Source of the DNA: Sminthopsis crassicaudata
Taxonomy: Eukaryota
Direction: 5' to 3'
Assembly: GCF_048593235.1 (NCBI RefSeq)
Contig: NC_133617.1
Location: 560,646,958 to 560,710,957, forward strand
DNA: 64,000 nt
Both the position numbers and the translations under genes were made by a program. Positions 11,954 to 26,264 of the stretch are shown in pieces; positions within the stretch are counted from its first letter, which is position 1; the number at the start of each line of letters is the position of its first letter. Below the pieces are notes generated by a model. That model ran no database searches. It was given only the letters and a program-made list of their open reading frames with translations, and was not told where the DNA came from.

Positions 11954-12389
11954 CCTATTATTCAAATTGTTTTAAGAATTAAGATTGCACATGTCTACAT
12001 CTTGACTCATTTATTCTAAATCTTGTAAAGAGAGTAAGATGAGGAGTCAATCGTTTAAAAATTCTAGCCCTTTCTTTTAAGTAGAGAAGACTGTACTTTA
12101 AAAAATCTATTTTTGATAAAATTTTATGTAATGGCAGATTGAGCAATACATCCTCAGAGCATATTCAGTACCCTGATCCATTTCCATGAAATAATGCATT
12201 TCTGCTACAAGGAGCATTGTTATTTCTATCTATAAAGGGAGAGATTATCCCTTACATGCATCATGAATGAACTGAACAACTAAAACAATTTCTAATTATT
12301 TTGTATTTCATTTAAAAATCTTATCATGATATAGACTCCCCTCTGACTGAAAAAACCCAAACCAATTTTGTGCCAATTTTGAGTGAGAT

Positions 12390-12501
12390 TCAACATGATC
12401 TGTCTGAGTTATCAATGCCACTGTCTGAATCTACAACATTCTTTGTGCTATTCCCATTGAATGGACTGGCTAAGTTTTCTTCACATCGTATGTGAAAAAG
12501 C
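12390..12501 (-). CDS. Candidate terminal coding exon (phase 2), (R)LFHIRCEENLASPFNGNSTKNVVDSDSGIDNSDRSC*
   Basis: Acceptor ccttatcactttatgcctgcag, 36 open codons to TGA, retained CpG, unique sequence; protein not recognised. Confidence 0.22.
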
Positions 12502-13804
12502 CTGCAGGCATAAAGTGATAAGGTGCCTGAATAATTTATCTTAAAACTTTAAAGGCCTCCATAGTATCACCTATGCTTTATAGGCTTTGAATGGATCAGT
12601 GTCAAGTACTAGAAATCGGAGCTCTGCAATTCTATAAGCAGAAATGTCCCCAAATGAAAAATGTCACGTGAGGCCTTTGGCCTTGGAGAAAGTAACCCAT
12701 GACTGGTTTATTATGAGAATTATATGTTTCACTTTCTAATAAATCTTAAAAATGTGTTCGATGAAGAAAAGGATTTGCTTTCTATTAATTCATGGAAGTC
12801 TTCTATGACTGTGAGGCAAACTAATGGGAAAGGGTCTGCAAATCCAACTCTATTATGTAAGCATTTTAAGAACATTTTTCTCTTGGCAACAGAAGCAAAA
12901 GCACCTCCAGTTTACATTTTATGTCCTTCTGTGGAATGTATTCTAGCAGTAAAAATGACTTGAGGTATTTTGTGACACAGAAATGCAGTAATTCAAACAT
13001 AATCCATTCCCTAGGAAAACCCAATTTCTCTAAATTTGAGATGTACTGCTGGGATATCTCCCAACTAAATTTGAATTTAAGAGTAAATTCATCTATTTCT
13101 ACATATTTAAATCATTCACTAACCAATTCCAAATGACATAAGAGCACAGTGCCCATGTAATCTCACATACTCATAGAGATTCTGGTAAGCCTGTTACATC
13201 CCAGAACTGAGGTGGTCTCTTAAAATTTAAGTTAACCACCACAGCATCTTCAACCTAATCCCTCAGAAAACACTTTTATTGGAAACTTGGCATCACCTCT
13301 ACTTGTCAGCAAGAATTCATTAAAATCTTCTGGGAAAGAGTCTTATGCTGACATTATTGCATATTGTATGTAACAAATCATAGGAGAAAACTGAAGAATT
13401 GTTGGACCGTTTTAGAAAGAGGAATTAAGTTTTCTGAGCCATTGGGGTCCATTTGTAAATTGTTTCCTTCCCTTCATTAAGTGTCCTGAAAAATTTTGGT
13501 TTCTTTCCCAACTAAGCCATTCATTTCCTTCTCATAAACAGGATTAGTTTCTAAATATCTCTAAATAGCTATTGTTTTCTACTTTTAAAAATGATAAAGT
13601 CTAAGCATTCACAAATCTCACAATAATAATGGTTAACATTTGCATGGTGCTTTGAAGTTTGCAAAACACTTTACATGTATTATCAGAATATGCAAATAAT
13701 TCTCAATAATAAAAGGAATTATTTTCTTCAAATCTAATGGAGCCTAAACAATTTGCATCTGACAGTCATAGAATGTAAGACTTCTTATTACTACTGGACA
13801 CAAT

Positions 13805-13993
13805 GAGGTGCCCCATGAAACGAAGGAAAGTGCTGGATCTGGAGTCAGAAGATATGGATCAGATCCTAAGTCTTACAATTACTACTTATATAACTTTGGG
13901 CAAATCTCTGGAGCTCAGTTTTCTCAGGCACAAAATGGAAGATTTGTATTCAATGATCTCTGTTTTCTTCTACCACTAAACCTATAATCCTAT
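13805..13993 (+). mobile_element. MIR/MIR3-type CORE-SINE
   Basis: gtgctggatctggagtcagaaga...actttgggcaaatc...ctcagttttctc. Confidence 0.6.
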
Positions 13994-16664
13994 ATATACA
14001 AATTGAAAAGTCTGTGATCTTATTGCTTCAATTGCATCAATTATAACAAGTTATCCATATCTTTTCATCCCATGTGATACTTATCTATGACATCCCATAA
14101 ATCCTTATCTTCTAGAGGGAGTTGCTCCATATGTTATACAACATATAAGTAATTATAGAATCCACAGGCTATCCATTGGCTAATACTCTTAATACATGAC
14201 CATCCTGTAACCATCCTACCTTCTTTTCTGCTCATATCTTTATGTCTGCTACTTCTGGTGAAAATTCTTGATTAGGAATATGTTATAAGCTATGTATATC
14301 CACTATGAACCTTTCCTTAAATACAACTTTCATAATCCCTCTCTCAGTTGTCTAATCTTGGCATGGCAGCTATCCAGAGTTCTCACAGATTATGGAAGCA
14401 AATCACAAGTATATAAAGTGCTACCCAACATGGAAAGATTTTCAATATTAACATGGTGACAGACTATTGTAAATATGATCAATCCAAGATGCACTCCTAG
14501 TTAAATTTGAAGAGGTTTGTTATTATAGCGTTTGCTATTATATACTATATTTGGAAGACATAAAAATTTACAATGACTATCTACTAAAGAATATATAGGC
14601 TGAAATTTGTCAATGGAGGAAGAAGCCACATAAATTTTGAACTATGAAATTATAAATTTAAAAATGTACAATGTTCAGAGAATATATATTGCATATTCTA
14701 TATAATATATACATACATAATATATTACATGTACTATTGCAAATTAGCCTTGCTTTATGTGTAATTTATGTTTCTACAAAATTCACATAAATATACTTTT
14801 TACCAAGCAAGTATTAAAAATACACTGGGAGAATATATTATTTTTTAAAATGCAATAGTTATAAAGTCTGAATTTGGGGGATAGAAAAGTACTTAGAGAC
14901 AATCTAATTTAACCCTCTCATAAAGTCTTGATTTAAAAAAATTAGATCATATAAACAAAATAATTTTCCTAGAGTTCATCTTTTCCCATGTATTTCCAGA
15001 TTTCCACATAACAGATGTACTTAAAGTGGAGAATACCTATAACAACAACAGCAGTAATAATGAATATATGTTCTGTAATCCTAAAGCATGGCAATTCCCT
15101 ATACACTCACTTAAGGAAATGTATTGGAGGGAAGTGGTGAATAAGATAGAACTTTATGGATTTTTGACACATTTCTAATGTATTGACTTTACAGGAAAAA
15201 ATATCCATCTTAGTAATCATCTTACTCCCTCTTTGCAGACGGTGGAGAATTTTAAGGGAAATGCAGAAATGTACACTGATAGGTTCCCACCTTCCATAAT
15301 CATGACCCATTTCCTGAAACCTTCCTGATGGACCTTGGTATTTCCCATCAGTAGTTAGAAATTTCCTTTCGGAACCCTCCAATGTGTTTCGGAATCTTAA
15401 GATGAATTATTAATGTAACTGCACTCAGAGACCTTTATGATAAATACATACTTTATAAGTAATAAGTAATGTCTAATATCAAGTGAATGCCAATATGGTA
15501 GAAATTTCTGGGAATGAGACTCTGTGCAGAATGCCAAAGATAGAATTAGATAAGTTAAGTTAATATATACAAATCTCCATTTTATCAGTTTATTAAAAGA
15601 TATATTTACTGAGATACTCAGCTTAGTTCTCACATTGGCAAACTAACGTTATTTGTGGGCTGTGCAGTAGAATGCATCAAGGATATCATCTTACCACCAG
15701 GAAGCCACAAATAGAGAATGACAGAGCTATTCATTGAATTTATATTTTACAGTTATTGAACGATACATTGAAGGACTCCAACAGAATATTACCTTGTCTT
15801 TTCATATTGCATTGCAATTAATTCAGAATTGCATTCTTGATATCTAAATATAAATTAATAATAAAGTGGCAATGATAATAACTCAACAAATTTAATATTT
15901 GAATCCATCACATTACCAGCAATCATAATCTCATTTTTGTCTAATTTTTATCTGTTTTCCACTCATCTTCATGATACAACTTACTTTCAAATTCTAATTT
16001 ACCATAATAATTTTGATGATACCAATGATCATGATGATGACCTGTAAGAGCATTACATAAGTTTAAAAATATTCATGAAAAATAGATAATTGTTCTTTAA
16101 TATCTTAAAAAGTAAAAGACTCCCCACATGCACATCCTGCCCTATGCAAGTTCCTAAAAGAAAAATTTACCATTTGCATTTGGGTCAAAGTATCCAGACT
16201 TTTCACATTAAACTACTTCAAAGCATTCGTGAAGAAAATCTGCTGCTATGTCATTATTAAAAAATCAAGGACCCAAAGGCCTGAAAGAATATTTTACATT
16301 CAACCTACCAACTTTGACACAAGAAACTCAATAGAAACCAAGAGAAAGACTGGCTCCCAATCACATTTTGATAAGAAATTCTATATAATAGGATATTTAC
16401 TAGTATAACAGCAAAATATGGAAAATAATTTCCAACAAAGATTGTCCCCATTGGGAAGGAGAAAGAAACTAATCAGGATCTTTGTATTTTGCAGACATAA
16501 ACTCTTAGGAGGGATTCTTATGAATTCAACAGAAGAATCTTATGAAATAATCCATTTGACTTCATTTTTGCTAAACTGACAACCACCTTTTATTGTTAAA
16601 GACTGGCCATCTTTAGGCAGAACCATGAATAATCATCATAGACATATGGTCTCCTGAATGTTCC

Positions 16665-17165
16665 CATCTCCATTTTATCCTCCAAATAGTTGCCAAAATA
16701 ATTCTTCTTAAAATCTAAATATGGTCATGTTACTCCCATGTTCCTTCAATAACTTCCTATTGCTTCTATAAAAACTTTTCAGGTTGACATTTAAAGATGC
16801 CATGATCTGAGTCAAGCCTACATTTCCAGCCATTTAACTTTAGTTCCCTTTTGTGAACGCTACATTTCAATTAAAATAACATCAGCTATTCAACCTCCTA
16901 TATCCTTGACTTTATTAAAGCTGTACCTCACATTCCCTCTCCACCTCTTCCTCTTAAAAACCATGGTATCCTTCAGACATCAGTGATGGGGCCACTTATT
17001 GCATATTCTTTTCTTACCCCATTTTTATTAACTAACTCAACCCTTTTCAAAGCATTTTAAACTTACTTACATATAATGCAATAGTAGCACAAAAGCAGAG
17101 TCTGCTACATTCTGTTTTGTTTCCCTAACACCTGGCACCAGGCTTTGCACACAGAACATAAAAAA
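16665..17165 (+). mobile_element. L2 LINE 3' fragment
   Basis: ttgccaaaataattcttcttaaaatctaaatatggtcatgttactccc...cctaacacctggcaccaggctttgcacacag. Confidence 0.6.
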
Positions 17166-18049
17166 GAAAATTGTGCAAAAGTTGGCATAAGCAATATGAC
17201 TGCTATTTCCATTATAGAACCTATCTTGCTGTAGTCAATAAAAAGTTCATCATTTGATGGCCAGTCCTGAACCTATGGATCTCTTTGAACTTAACTTGAT
17301 CTTTCTCTGAAGAGACATTCAGAGTCTATCATCTGGTCCATAATTCACACATTACAAGTAAATAATGTATGGGAGGAGACAATCTACCTTGCTTATTGAC
17401 TCCCCTCCGTTAATTAAAGCTATGCACATTTGTTCTTCTACTTCATAAATTTCAAGATTTCATTTGAATTTATTGTCTAATACCTTTGGTAGAAAAAACC
17501 CTTCAATATTTTGTTTTTAAATACAGCAACATCATATTTGGTTCAATGAATATCTTTGCATATTTATTATGTGCAAGATATTTAACACTCTCATCACTCT
17601 AGATGATTTTCATTTATGCCTGAACTCCCTTTGACTGCTACTTGGAATTGTGGTCTCAAAGATAAGTTTTTTGAAACGTATTGCAGTTTTTGATCCATTG
17701 AAGAAAGCTGGAAAAAAAAAGTAGAATAATAATATATAATAGTAATATCACAACTTAGATTGAATTGTTCGGGAAGAAATAAGTCCCCAAGATAATTTTT
17801 CTTCTATGCTTTGAAATGTACTATATTCTAAGACAAATTTGAAATATTTTCATACATATAAAGGGAAGCATATAGAAGCATTCCAAGAAAGTCTAGATCT
17901 CCTTTAACCAGCAAGGGGAAAGCAACCCTGAGCTAACACAATTTTTTTTTCTTGGAAGAAATACCTTCTCCCCAGTTCTTTAGCACATAGATTCAGCATC
18001 ATTCCCACTATATATAATCCTTTACTCCAATCTGGAATGAAGAGGAGAC

Positions 18050-18365
18050 CATTCTCCTTGCCAAGGCCAATCTCTATATGATGTTTTTTGATCCCGTCTC
18101 CTTCTATTTTGCCCCAGAAAATTGTTCTCACTGCTTCTTTATTGTCCTCTCTCTCTAATCTTCAATTTCCATTTACTGACTCCTTTCCTCCTGCCTACAA
18201 TCATGGCAAGTCTTCCCCACTTTAAAAAACCTCATAAGACCTTATCATTTTCCCTGAGCTTTGTTCCTATTTCTCTCCTTCCTTTCTCAGGCAAGGTCCT
18301 TGGGAAAAACTGCCTTCAAACACTGACTTCACTTGATCTCCTTTGGGGTTCTTCTTAAACCCTCT
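18050..18365 (+). mobile_element. L2 ORF2 (pre-RT) fragment
   Basis: gactcctttcctcctgcctacaatcatggcaagtcttccccactttaaaaaacc...cctatttctctccttcctttc resembles L2 ORF2. Confidence 0.6.
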
Positions 18366-18409
18366 GTATCAACCAAATAAAACCAATGTTGCCAGATGTG
18401 GATTAAAAC

Positions 18410-21400
18410 TAGATCTAATAATTACATTCAATTACATTTAAATAAGGAAATAATTTCAAAATCTATTGGATGCAGCCAAAGCAGTTTTTAGGGCAAAGTT
18501 TATATCTCTAAATTGTTATATGAATAAAACAGAGAAAAAGGAGACTAATGAATTGGGTATGCAACTAAAAATGCAAGAAAAATGAACAAATTAAATACCA
18601 AATTAGAAATTCTGAAACTCTAAAGAGAGATTAATAAAATCAAAACTAAGAAAACTATTGAACTAAGTAATAAAATTAAGAATTGGTTTTATAAAAAAAA
18701 AAACAAGAAAAGAGATAAATGTTTGATTAATTTGATTAGAAAAAAAGAAAGAAAAAAAAACAAATTACCTGTATTAAAAATAAAAAGGATAAATTTACCA
18801 CCAATGAAAAGGAAATTAAAGCAATAATTAGGAACTGTTTTCTCTAACTATATAGCAGCAAATCTGACAATCCAAAATGGATGAATATTTACAAAAATAT
18901 ATAATTGCCCAGATTAACAAAAGAGAAAATAAATTACTTAAATAGTTCCATTTTAGAAAAAGAAATTGTACAAGCCATCAATTTACCTCCTAAGAAAAAA
19001 TCTCCGGAGCCATATTTACAAGTGAATTCTACTCTACATTTAAAAAAATTAATCCCAATACTATGTAAACTATTGGGAAAAATAAATAAAGAAGTTCTAT
19101 TATATTCCTTCTATGACACAAATACAGTACTGATACATAAACCAGGAAAAGCCAAAACAGAGAAAGAAAATTACAAACCAATCTCCCTAATGAATAGGTG
19201 CAAAAATTTTAAATAAAATATTAGCAAAGCAATCACAGCAACTTATCAGCAAGATAATACACTATGACCAAGTGAAAATTATACCAAAAATGCAGGGCTG
19301 GTACAAAATCATAAAACTATTGTCATAATTGAACATTTCAATAACAAATAATCAGCAATATCTATCTAAAACCAAAAGCAAACATCATTTGTAATGGAGA
19401 GAAGCTAGATGCATTCCAAATAAGAGAAGGAGTGAAACAAGAATACTCATTATCACCACTATTGTTCAATACTATTCTAGATGTGTTAGCTTTAGCAATA
19501 AGAAAAGAAAAAGACATGAAAGTAATTAGAATAGGCAAAGAGGAAATAGAACTATCACTCTTTGCAGATAACATGATGATTTTTTAGAGAATCCTAGAAA
19601 ATCTTTCAAAAACACAGCTTTAGCAGTATATAAAATAAACCCATACAAATCATCAGCATTTCTATATATTATTGACAAAAGTCATTATCAAATGATAGAA
19701 AGAGAAATTCTATTTAAAAGAATTGTAGACAAAATAAAATATTTGGAGTTCTACTTGCCAAGACAAACCCAATGATAAACATAATTAAACACATTTCTCA
19801 CACAAATAAAGTCAGATCTAAACAATTGGGAAAATATCAATTGCTCATGGGGAGGCTGAGCTAATATAATAAATACATATATAATATAATAAAAATAGAA
19901 TTGTCTAAATTGGTCTACTTTTTCAGTGCCATAACACTAAAACTTACAGAAAATTATTTTATAAAGCTGGGAAAAATAAAAACAAAATTCATATGAAAGA
20001 ACAAAAGGTCAAGAATATCAAGGAAGGTAATGGAAAAAAATACAAGGAATGGTGGCTTTGCAGTACCAGACTTAAACTTATATTATAAAGTAGCAGTCAT
20101 CAAAATCATTTGGAACTGGCTAAGAAATAGAGTGGTAGGTCACTAGAATAGATTAGATACACATAATACAATCGCATTGCATAAACTTCAGCTTCTGGAA
20201 TAAGAAAGCACTATTTCACAAAAATTGCTGGGAAAACTGAAAAATAATATGTCAGAAACTTAGCATAGACCTACATCTCACACCTAGTACTAAAATAAGG
20301 TCAAAAATGGGTAAATGATTTGGTCATAAAGTGTGATGCCATAAACAAATTAGAGGAGCAAAGGACAAATTACCTATCACATCTTTGGAGAAGGAAGGAA
20401 TTTATGATCAAAGAACTAGAGAACATTATAAAAGTCAAAATGGACAACTCTGATTATAATAAATTTAAAAGGGTTTGCATAAACAAAACCAACAGAAACA
20501 AGATTAAAAGGAAAATACAAAGGGGGGGGGAAATCTTTACAGCCAATGTTTCTGACAATGGTTTCATTTCTAAAATATATAAAGAACTGTGTCAAATTTA
20601 TAAGGATACAAATCATTCCTCCAGTTGATAAGAGGTCAAAAGATGCCAGCAGACAATTTTCAGATGGCAAAATTAAAGCCATGTATAATCATATGAAAAA
20701 AAATGCTCTAAATCACTATTGATTAGAGAAATGCAAATTGGAATAACTCTTGAGGTACCACCTCACACCTCTCAGATTGGCTAAGATGACAGGAAAAGAT
20801 AAAGATAAATGTTGGAGGGGATGTGGGAAAAATGTGACACTAATGTACTGTTGGTGAAGTTGCAAAATGATGCAATCATTTTGGAGAGCAATTTGTAATT
20901 ATGCCCAAAGGACTCAAACTGGGCATACCCTTTGACCCAGAAGTGATATTACTGGGTTTGTATCCCAAGGAAATCATTAAGGAGGGAAAAGGACCCATAT
21001 GTGCAAAAATATTGGTAGCAGTTCTTTTTGTGGTAATAAAGAATTGGAAAATGAATAAATGCCTATCAACTGGGAAATGGCTGAATAAGTTGTGGTATTT
21101 GAAATATTATTGTTCTATAAAAAAATGATTTACAAGTTGACTTTAGAAAGGCCTTGAAAGATTTAAACGAACTGATGCTGAGTAAAACATGTAAAATTAA
21201 GAATACATCGTACAGAATAAAAGCAAGATGATCAACTATGAAAGTCTTGGTTCTTCTTGGTGGTTCAGTGATCCAAAGCAATTCCAATAAACTTTGGATA
21301 AAAAACATTATTTGCATCCAGAAAAAGTATGATAGAAATTGAATGTAAATCAGCTCACGCTATTCACTTCTTTTTTCTGCTTTATTTTCTTCTCCCAAAG

Positions 21401-21480
21401 TTTTTCCATTTGTTCTGATTTTTCTCTAATATGATTCATAAAACATTGTGCTTTAATAAATAAATAAATAAAATTAAAAA
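18410..21480 (+). mobile_element. L1 LINE, 5'-truncated (~3 kb), decayed ORF2 plus 3' UTR
   Basis: ORF fragments MPRLTKEKINYLNSSILEKEIVQAINLPPKKKSP...[29 protein letters not shown] (RT N-terminal region) and LGIPFDPEVILLGLYPKEIIKEGKGP (ORF2 C-terminus); A-rich tail near 21460; many stops, frameshifts and deletions. Confidence 0.92.
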
Positions 21481-21689
21481 ACTAGATTTATTAATTTCCA
21501 GCCTGTTCTCTTTTTTTTTTACTTTTTTGCAATATTGAGGATTGTTGATAACCTTCTTAGATATTTTGGGGGGTTTTTGGGAGACACTATTAACATATGA
21601 AGTTCTTCTACCTGTCTGAATGTTCTTTTTCATTCTTCACTATTGAATCATTGTATATATCAGAAATCCTAACTGTAGATGTATACTCA

Positions 21690-22730
21690 AGGCTCCAACA
21701 AAGCCCACTTCTCACTTTACACTCTCACTTCATCAGCCATCATAGTTTTAATTATCACTTCTGTATTCATCACCAGATTTATCTACTCAAGCCTTGTTTC
21801 CCTCCGGAGCCCCATTTCCACATTACCTGAAACCTATTTAATGCTTTGAACTAAATGTCCTACAGATGTCTCAGAAGCAACAGGTACAAAATAAAGCTCA
21901 TTTTTCTCCTCCAACCCACCCTTCTTCTGAACTTCATTATTTCTAGTAAGAGCACTTCCATGTATGCATTCACAACTATGACTCGTTTTCTTTCATTCTA
22001 CATATCTGATCAATTGCTAAATCTTATTATTTCTTCCTTCAGAAAATCTCTCATATCTATCCCTTTCTCTCTACTTGCACAATCAACACTCAAATTCAAG
22101 ACTCCAACATCTCTTGCCTAGACTATTCCTGTGGCCTTTTAATTTTTTCATTGCTTAAACATGCTGCCCACTGTAGATCATCCTCCATGCATCTGCCCAA
22201 GTTATTTTCCTGAAACATACATCTGACCTGCAGTCATACTATTCAGAAAACTCTAATGGTTCTCAATTATTTATAGCAAAATTATAAACTCTTCTATTTG
22301 GCATTTAAAGCTCTCACAATCTGGATATTATACATTACTCTCTTTCAGACACATAAAAACCACCTGAAATGGACTTATTGAAGCTGCTCACACAATAATA
22401 TTCCATCTTCCATATCCATGGCCCTGGTCATGTACCAGCTACCCCTGCCTGGAATGAACTCTCTCTCCTCACTTCCATGTCCTCTTTCAAAACTCAGCCA
22501 CTTTCTACATGAGACTTTTCCCAATCCTCACTGCAAGTGTCTTTCTCGTCAAATTACCTTAAGTTTGTTTTGTATATATGGTGTATGTAACTATATATAT
22601 TTATTTATTTATATATATATATATACATCTTGTCTTCTTTCATAAAAGGTGAGCTCCCTGAAGTCATGAATTATTTCATTTTTGTTCTTGCATCCCTAGT
22701 ATTTAGCATGGTGCTAAATATGTAATTCTT
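21690..22730 (+). mobile_element. L2 LINE 3' region (~1 kb)
   Basis: catcagccatcatagttttaattatcacttctgt...tgagctccctgaagtcatgaattatttc...gcatccctagtatttagcatggtgc. Confidence 0.7.
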
Positions 22731-23994
22731 GACCCTCTGTGGAATCTTTTCTCCTGTTTTGTCATGATTAATACATAAGCAGAAAAAGACTACATATTCA
22801 CTATATATGTGTATGTATGTATATTATATATGTATATACATATATATATGCAGAAAAGATTTGAGTGTCATTCTGCAATTTTCTTTGTTTCATGGGTTTC
22901 TATGGCCAAAAAATTCACAAATAGGTCCACCTCTTCGTGATGAGTCTCTCTATATTTAGCCATGCTGGTCCTTGGAAAGCCACTCAATCTATATCTATAT
23001 GAGTCTTTCCTAAATGGTAGAATTTCCCAGAGCAGACAACCCAGCTGTACATCAGAAATAGTTCTATGCCACCATGAGACATCACAGAATTTGGGGAAGG
23101 TCATTTGCAAAAAATTAATTGCCAGATAATCCCTCCCTAACCTGAATGTAACCTACCTATGCCAATATATTTCACCCTACACTCTTTCAAGCATTCCACA
23201 TTCTAGCCTATTGATGTTTTTCTAATAGCATCCTTAACCATAGCTGTCATGGTAAAATTGTATAAACCATCTCATTTCCCAGTTCCCTCACCACTTCTGT
23301 TGAAATCACTTTTTTTCTTTTATATCCAACTCAGATCCCACTATAAAGATGGATTCTTTCATAAAATTACTCCACTTGGAACAAATTACCCCTTTTTAAA
23401 TTTCTGCTACTGACTCCTTGGGTCTTTTTTTGTTTTTTGTAGCCTTGAAGCCCTTTATACATTATACATTATACTAAGTTATACATTATTAGAATATAGT
23501 ATATATAACATAATATATAATAATAACATATATGTCTATATATTATGTATTATACCAAGTTCAAGGAAAGTTCTAGATGGGAGGTCAATATCCACTTAGA
23601 ACCTTAGCCAACAAAACCCAACTAGAAGATATTTTAATTCGAAACAAAAGGCATTTAAATATCATCAATCATAAGAGAATATTTCTAGCACTAAGGAATA
23701 CACTCTCCCCCAGGTTACCATACCATTAATAAGAGAAGGGGGGCATCTCACAAAGGAATAAACATGTAGGAAATATATATATTGGAAAAGAGCAAATGTG
23801 CCAGTTTTCAAAAAAGGGAGTCTCAAAAATCTCAAGCAAGCAAGAAATCTTCATAATAATTAGGTCTATCCAAAATTGAATAGGTTCCTTCCTGAACACC
23901 TTACTTTGTACCAATATATTCTGTAATTCAGTTCTACTGACTTTTTACTATTCTTCCCACAAAAAATTCTTCTGACTAAATTTTCCCTGACTGT

Positions 23995-24325
23995 TACTCA
24001 TGCCTGGATCCCTCTCCCTCCTCATCTTCTTCACCTTTTCACTTCTCTGGAATCCTTTAAGTTCTAAATAAAACCTTATCTTTACCAAGAATCCTTTCTT
24101 GATTCACCTTAATCTAAGTGCCTTCTGTGGGTTGATTATCTCAATTTACCTTGCATTTATCTTCTATATACTTAACTAATTGCAAGTTATCTCTCTCCTT
24201 AGACTATGAGCTCCTTGAGAGCAAGACTTTGGGAACAGAGAGGAGGGAAATTGCTTTTCTTTGTATTCCTATCTCTTGCAATAGACATTTAATTAATGCT
24301 TACTAACCGACCAACTAATTAGTTG
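23995..24325 (+). mobile_element. L2 3' end
   Basis: tagactatgagctccttgagagcaagact...ttaattaatgcttactaa terminus. Confidence 0.65.
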
Positions 24326-24327
24326 AC

Positions 24328-24465
24328 TTCCCCTTCTCTAGAGGTCTTCAAGCAGAGGTTGTATAACTATTTAACAGTTATATTATAGGGAGAATTCCTT
24401 TGGTATAAAGGTAGAAGCAGATATCAGCTAAGGTCCCTTGTAGCCCTCAAATTCTGTTATTCAAT
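24328..24465 (+). mobile_element. CR1/L3-type 3' end
   Basis: tccccttctctagaggtcttcaagcagaggttg...aaggtcccttgtagccctcaaattctg. Confidence 0.65.
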
Positions 24466-24569
24466 GTATGACCAGAAAAGATGGTAGACTATGTATAGAG
24501 TGTGACAGAACACACATAAAAGTCTTGTTCATTAATTTCAATTTTGTCCAAATCCATGACTATGAAGCC

Positions 24570-24752
24570 ATTTTTTTAGTTATGTTCAACTCTTCATGAA
24601 CCCATTTATGTCTTCCTAGAAAAGATATTGGAGTGGTTTTCCATTTCCTTCTCCAGCTCATTTTACATATGAGTAACTGAGGCAAACAGAGTTCAAGAGA
24701 CTTGCCGCAGAATCACATAGCTAGAAAATGTCTGAGGCCAGAGTAGAACTTA
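24570..24752 (-). mobile_element. Mar1-type CORE-SINE
   Basis: aagatattggagtggttttccatttccttctccagctcattttacatatgagtaactgaggcaaacagag. Confidence 0.8.
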
Positions 24753-24894
24753 CAGGCTCAGCACTCTCTTCACTTGATCACCTAATTGCCAATACATAAA
24801 GCAATACCAACAAGATAAATACAGAGTAGATATATACCATGGTAATCTTAGTAAAAAAAATAAATAAATAAATAAAAATTTAAAAAGCACTAGA

Positions 24895-25630
24895 AGTTGA
24901 AGCATCCAGGAAAACCACTGGGCAAGAAGGGATAATTTAAGGTGAAACTTAGTGAAAGTCAGGGATTCTGAGTTCAAAATTAGAAAGGAAAGCATTCCAG
25001 GCATGAGGAACATTTAGTACTAAGGCACCAAGACAGGAGTTAGAATATTGTGTGAAAAACAGCAAGTACACTGATATAGCTATATACAGGGAATATAGAT
25101 GAGAATAAGTAATGTGTAAGTAAACTGGAAAAATAGGACTAGACCAGGTTGTAAAGAGTTTTCAATAGCAAACAAAAGAGTTTCTTTGATATTTGATACT
25201 GGAGTTAATAGGGATTCAGTGGTTTTCATTCAGTAGAATGCTCATGGAATAAGAATTGAGCTTTAGGAAAATCACTTTGGCAGTTGATGGAAAAATAAAT
25301 TGGAAGATAAATTTGAGGCAGGGAGAACAATCCAAGGCTATTGCAAAAGTCCAGGCAAGATGTGATTGGAGCCTGAAGCAAAGAGATGGTTGTATTTGTA
25401 CAGAGAAAAGTATGTATGTGAGAGCTGTGGTGGAGAAAAACATAAGATTTGGCAGATGGCTGGATATACTGGGTGAGCTAGGAAGAGTTGTTGAGGATGG
25501 CACCAACATTGCAAACCTGAGCTACTGGCAAGATGGTAGTATCCATAACAATAATAGGGAATTTCAGAAGAGTGGTAGATTTTAAGGAAACAAAAATCAA
25601 TTCTATAATACTGAGACATTGAAGATACTT
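24895..25630 (-). mobile_element. L2 LINE fragment
   Basis: gctttaggaaaatcactttggcag...aggctattgcaaaagtccaggcaagatg are reverse-complement L2 motifs; accounts for ORFs 25216-25619. Confidence 0.75.
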
Positions 25631-26264
25631 AAAGGAGGGTCTCCACTACATTGGGTAGACTCTATAGGGAGGATTTAAGAAATGGCAAGAAATCACAAGA
25701 CATTAAGTTATCTGCACTGGCAAAAGTCATTCCCCATCAATGAATCCATAATTATTTATTAAATGTCTATTTTTTGTTAGTCTCTGAGCTAGACACTAAT
25801 TCTATAAAAAACAAAAATGAAACAGTTCCTGCCCTCAGGAAGCTTACATTATGTTGGAAGAGAAAATCTATAAATACATATTCAGAATACACAGGATAGG
25901 TGCTGAACTCATGATTTTATTGATATAATAAAATATTTGATGAGTTAACCAACCAACCTTCAACCAGTGCAGATTGGTATTTTTTAAATTGCATAAAAAA
26001 TACCAATCTTTACTGAGAGGTCCACTGTGATTTGTCCAGAAACATATATCTGATTGCCTTAATGAAAATATTTGAATAACAGTCTTGACTCCAAGGCCAC
26101 CTGTCTAGCTACTAGATCATATTGCCTTTATATAAAAAAAATATATGCAAGATGAATAAAAACTAAATAACAAGGAGAATGGTGATAGCAGGAAGTCACA
26201 GGAACAAGAACAAGGAGGAGGATGAGCATGAGGATGAGGACAAGGAAAAGTTTACCTATATTTT

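Noticed and set aside
16170-16280. Minus-strand segment with good acceptor (attctttcag) and donor (ATG/gtaaat)
   Set aside because: Stop codons in all three frames; at best non-coding.
17600-17711. Strong minus-strand acceptor (ttttttttccag) with two open frames
   Set aside because: No credible downstream donor and no recognisable peptide.
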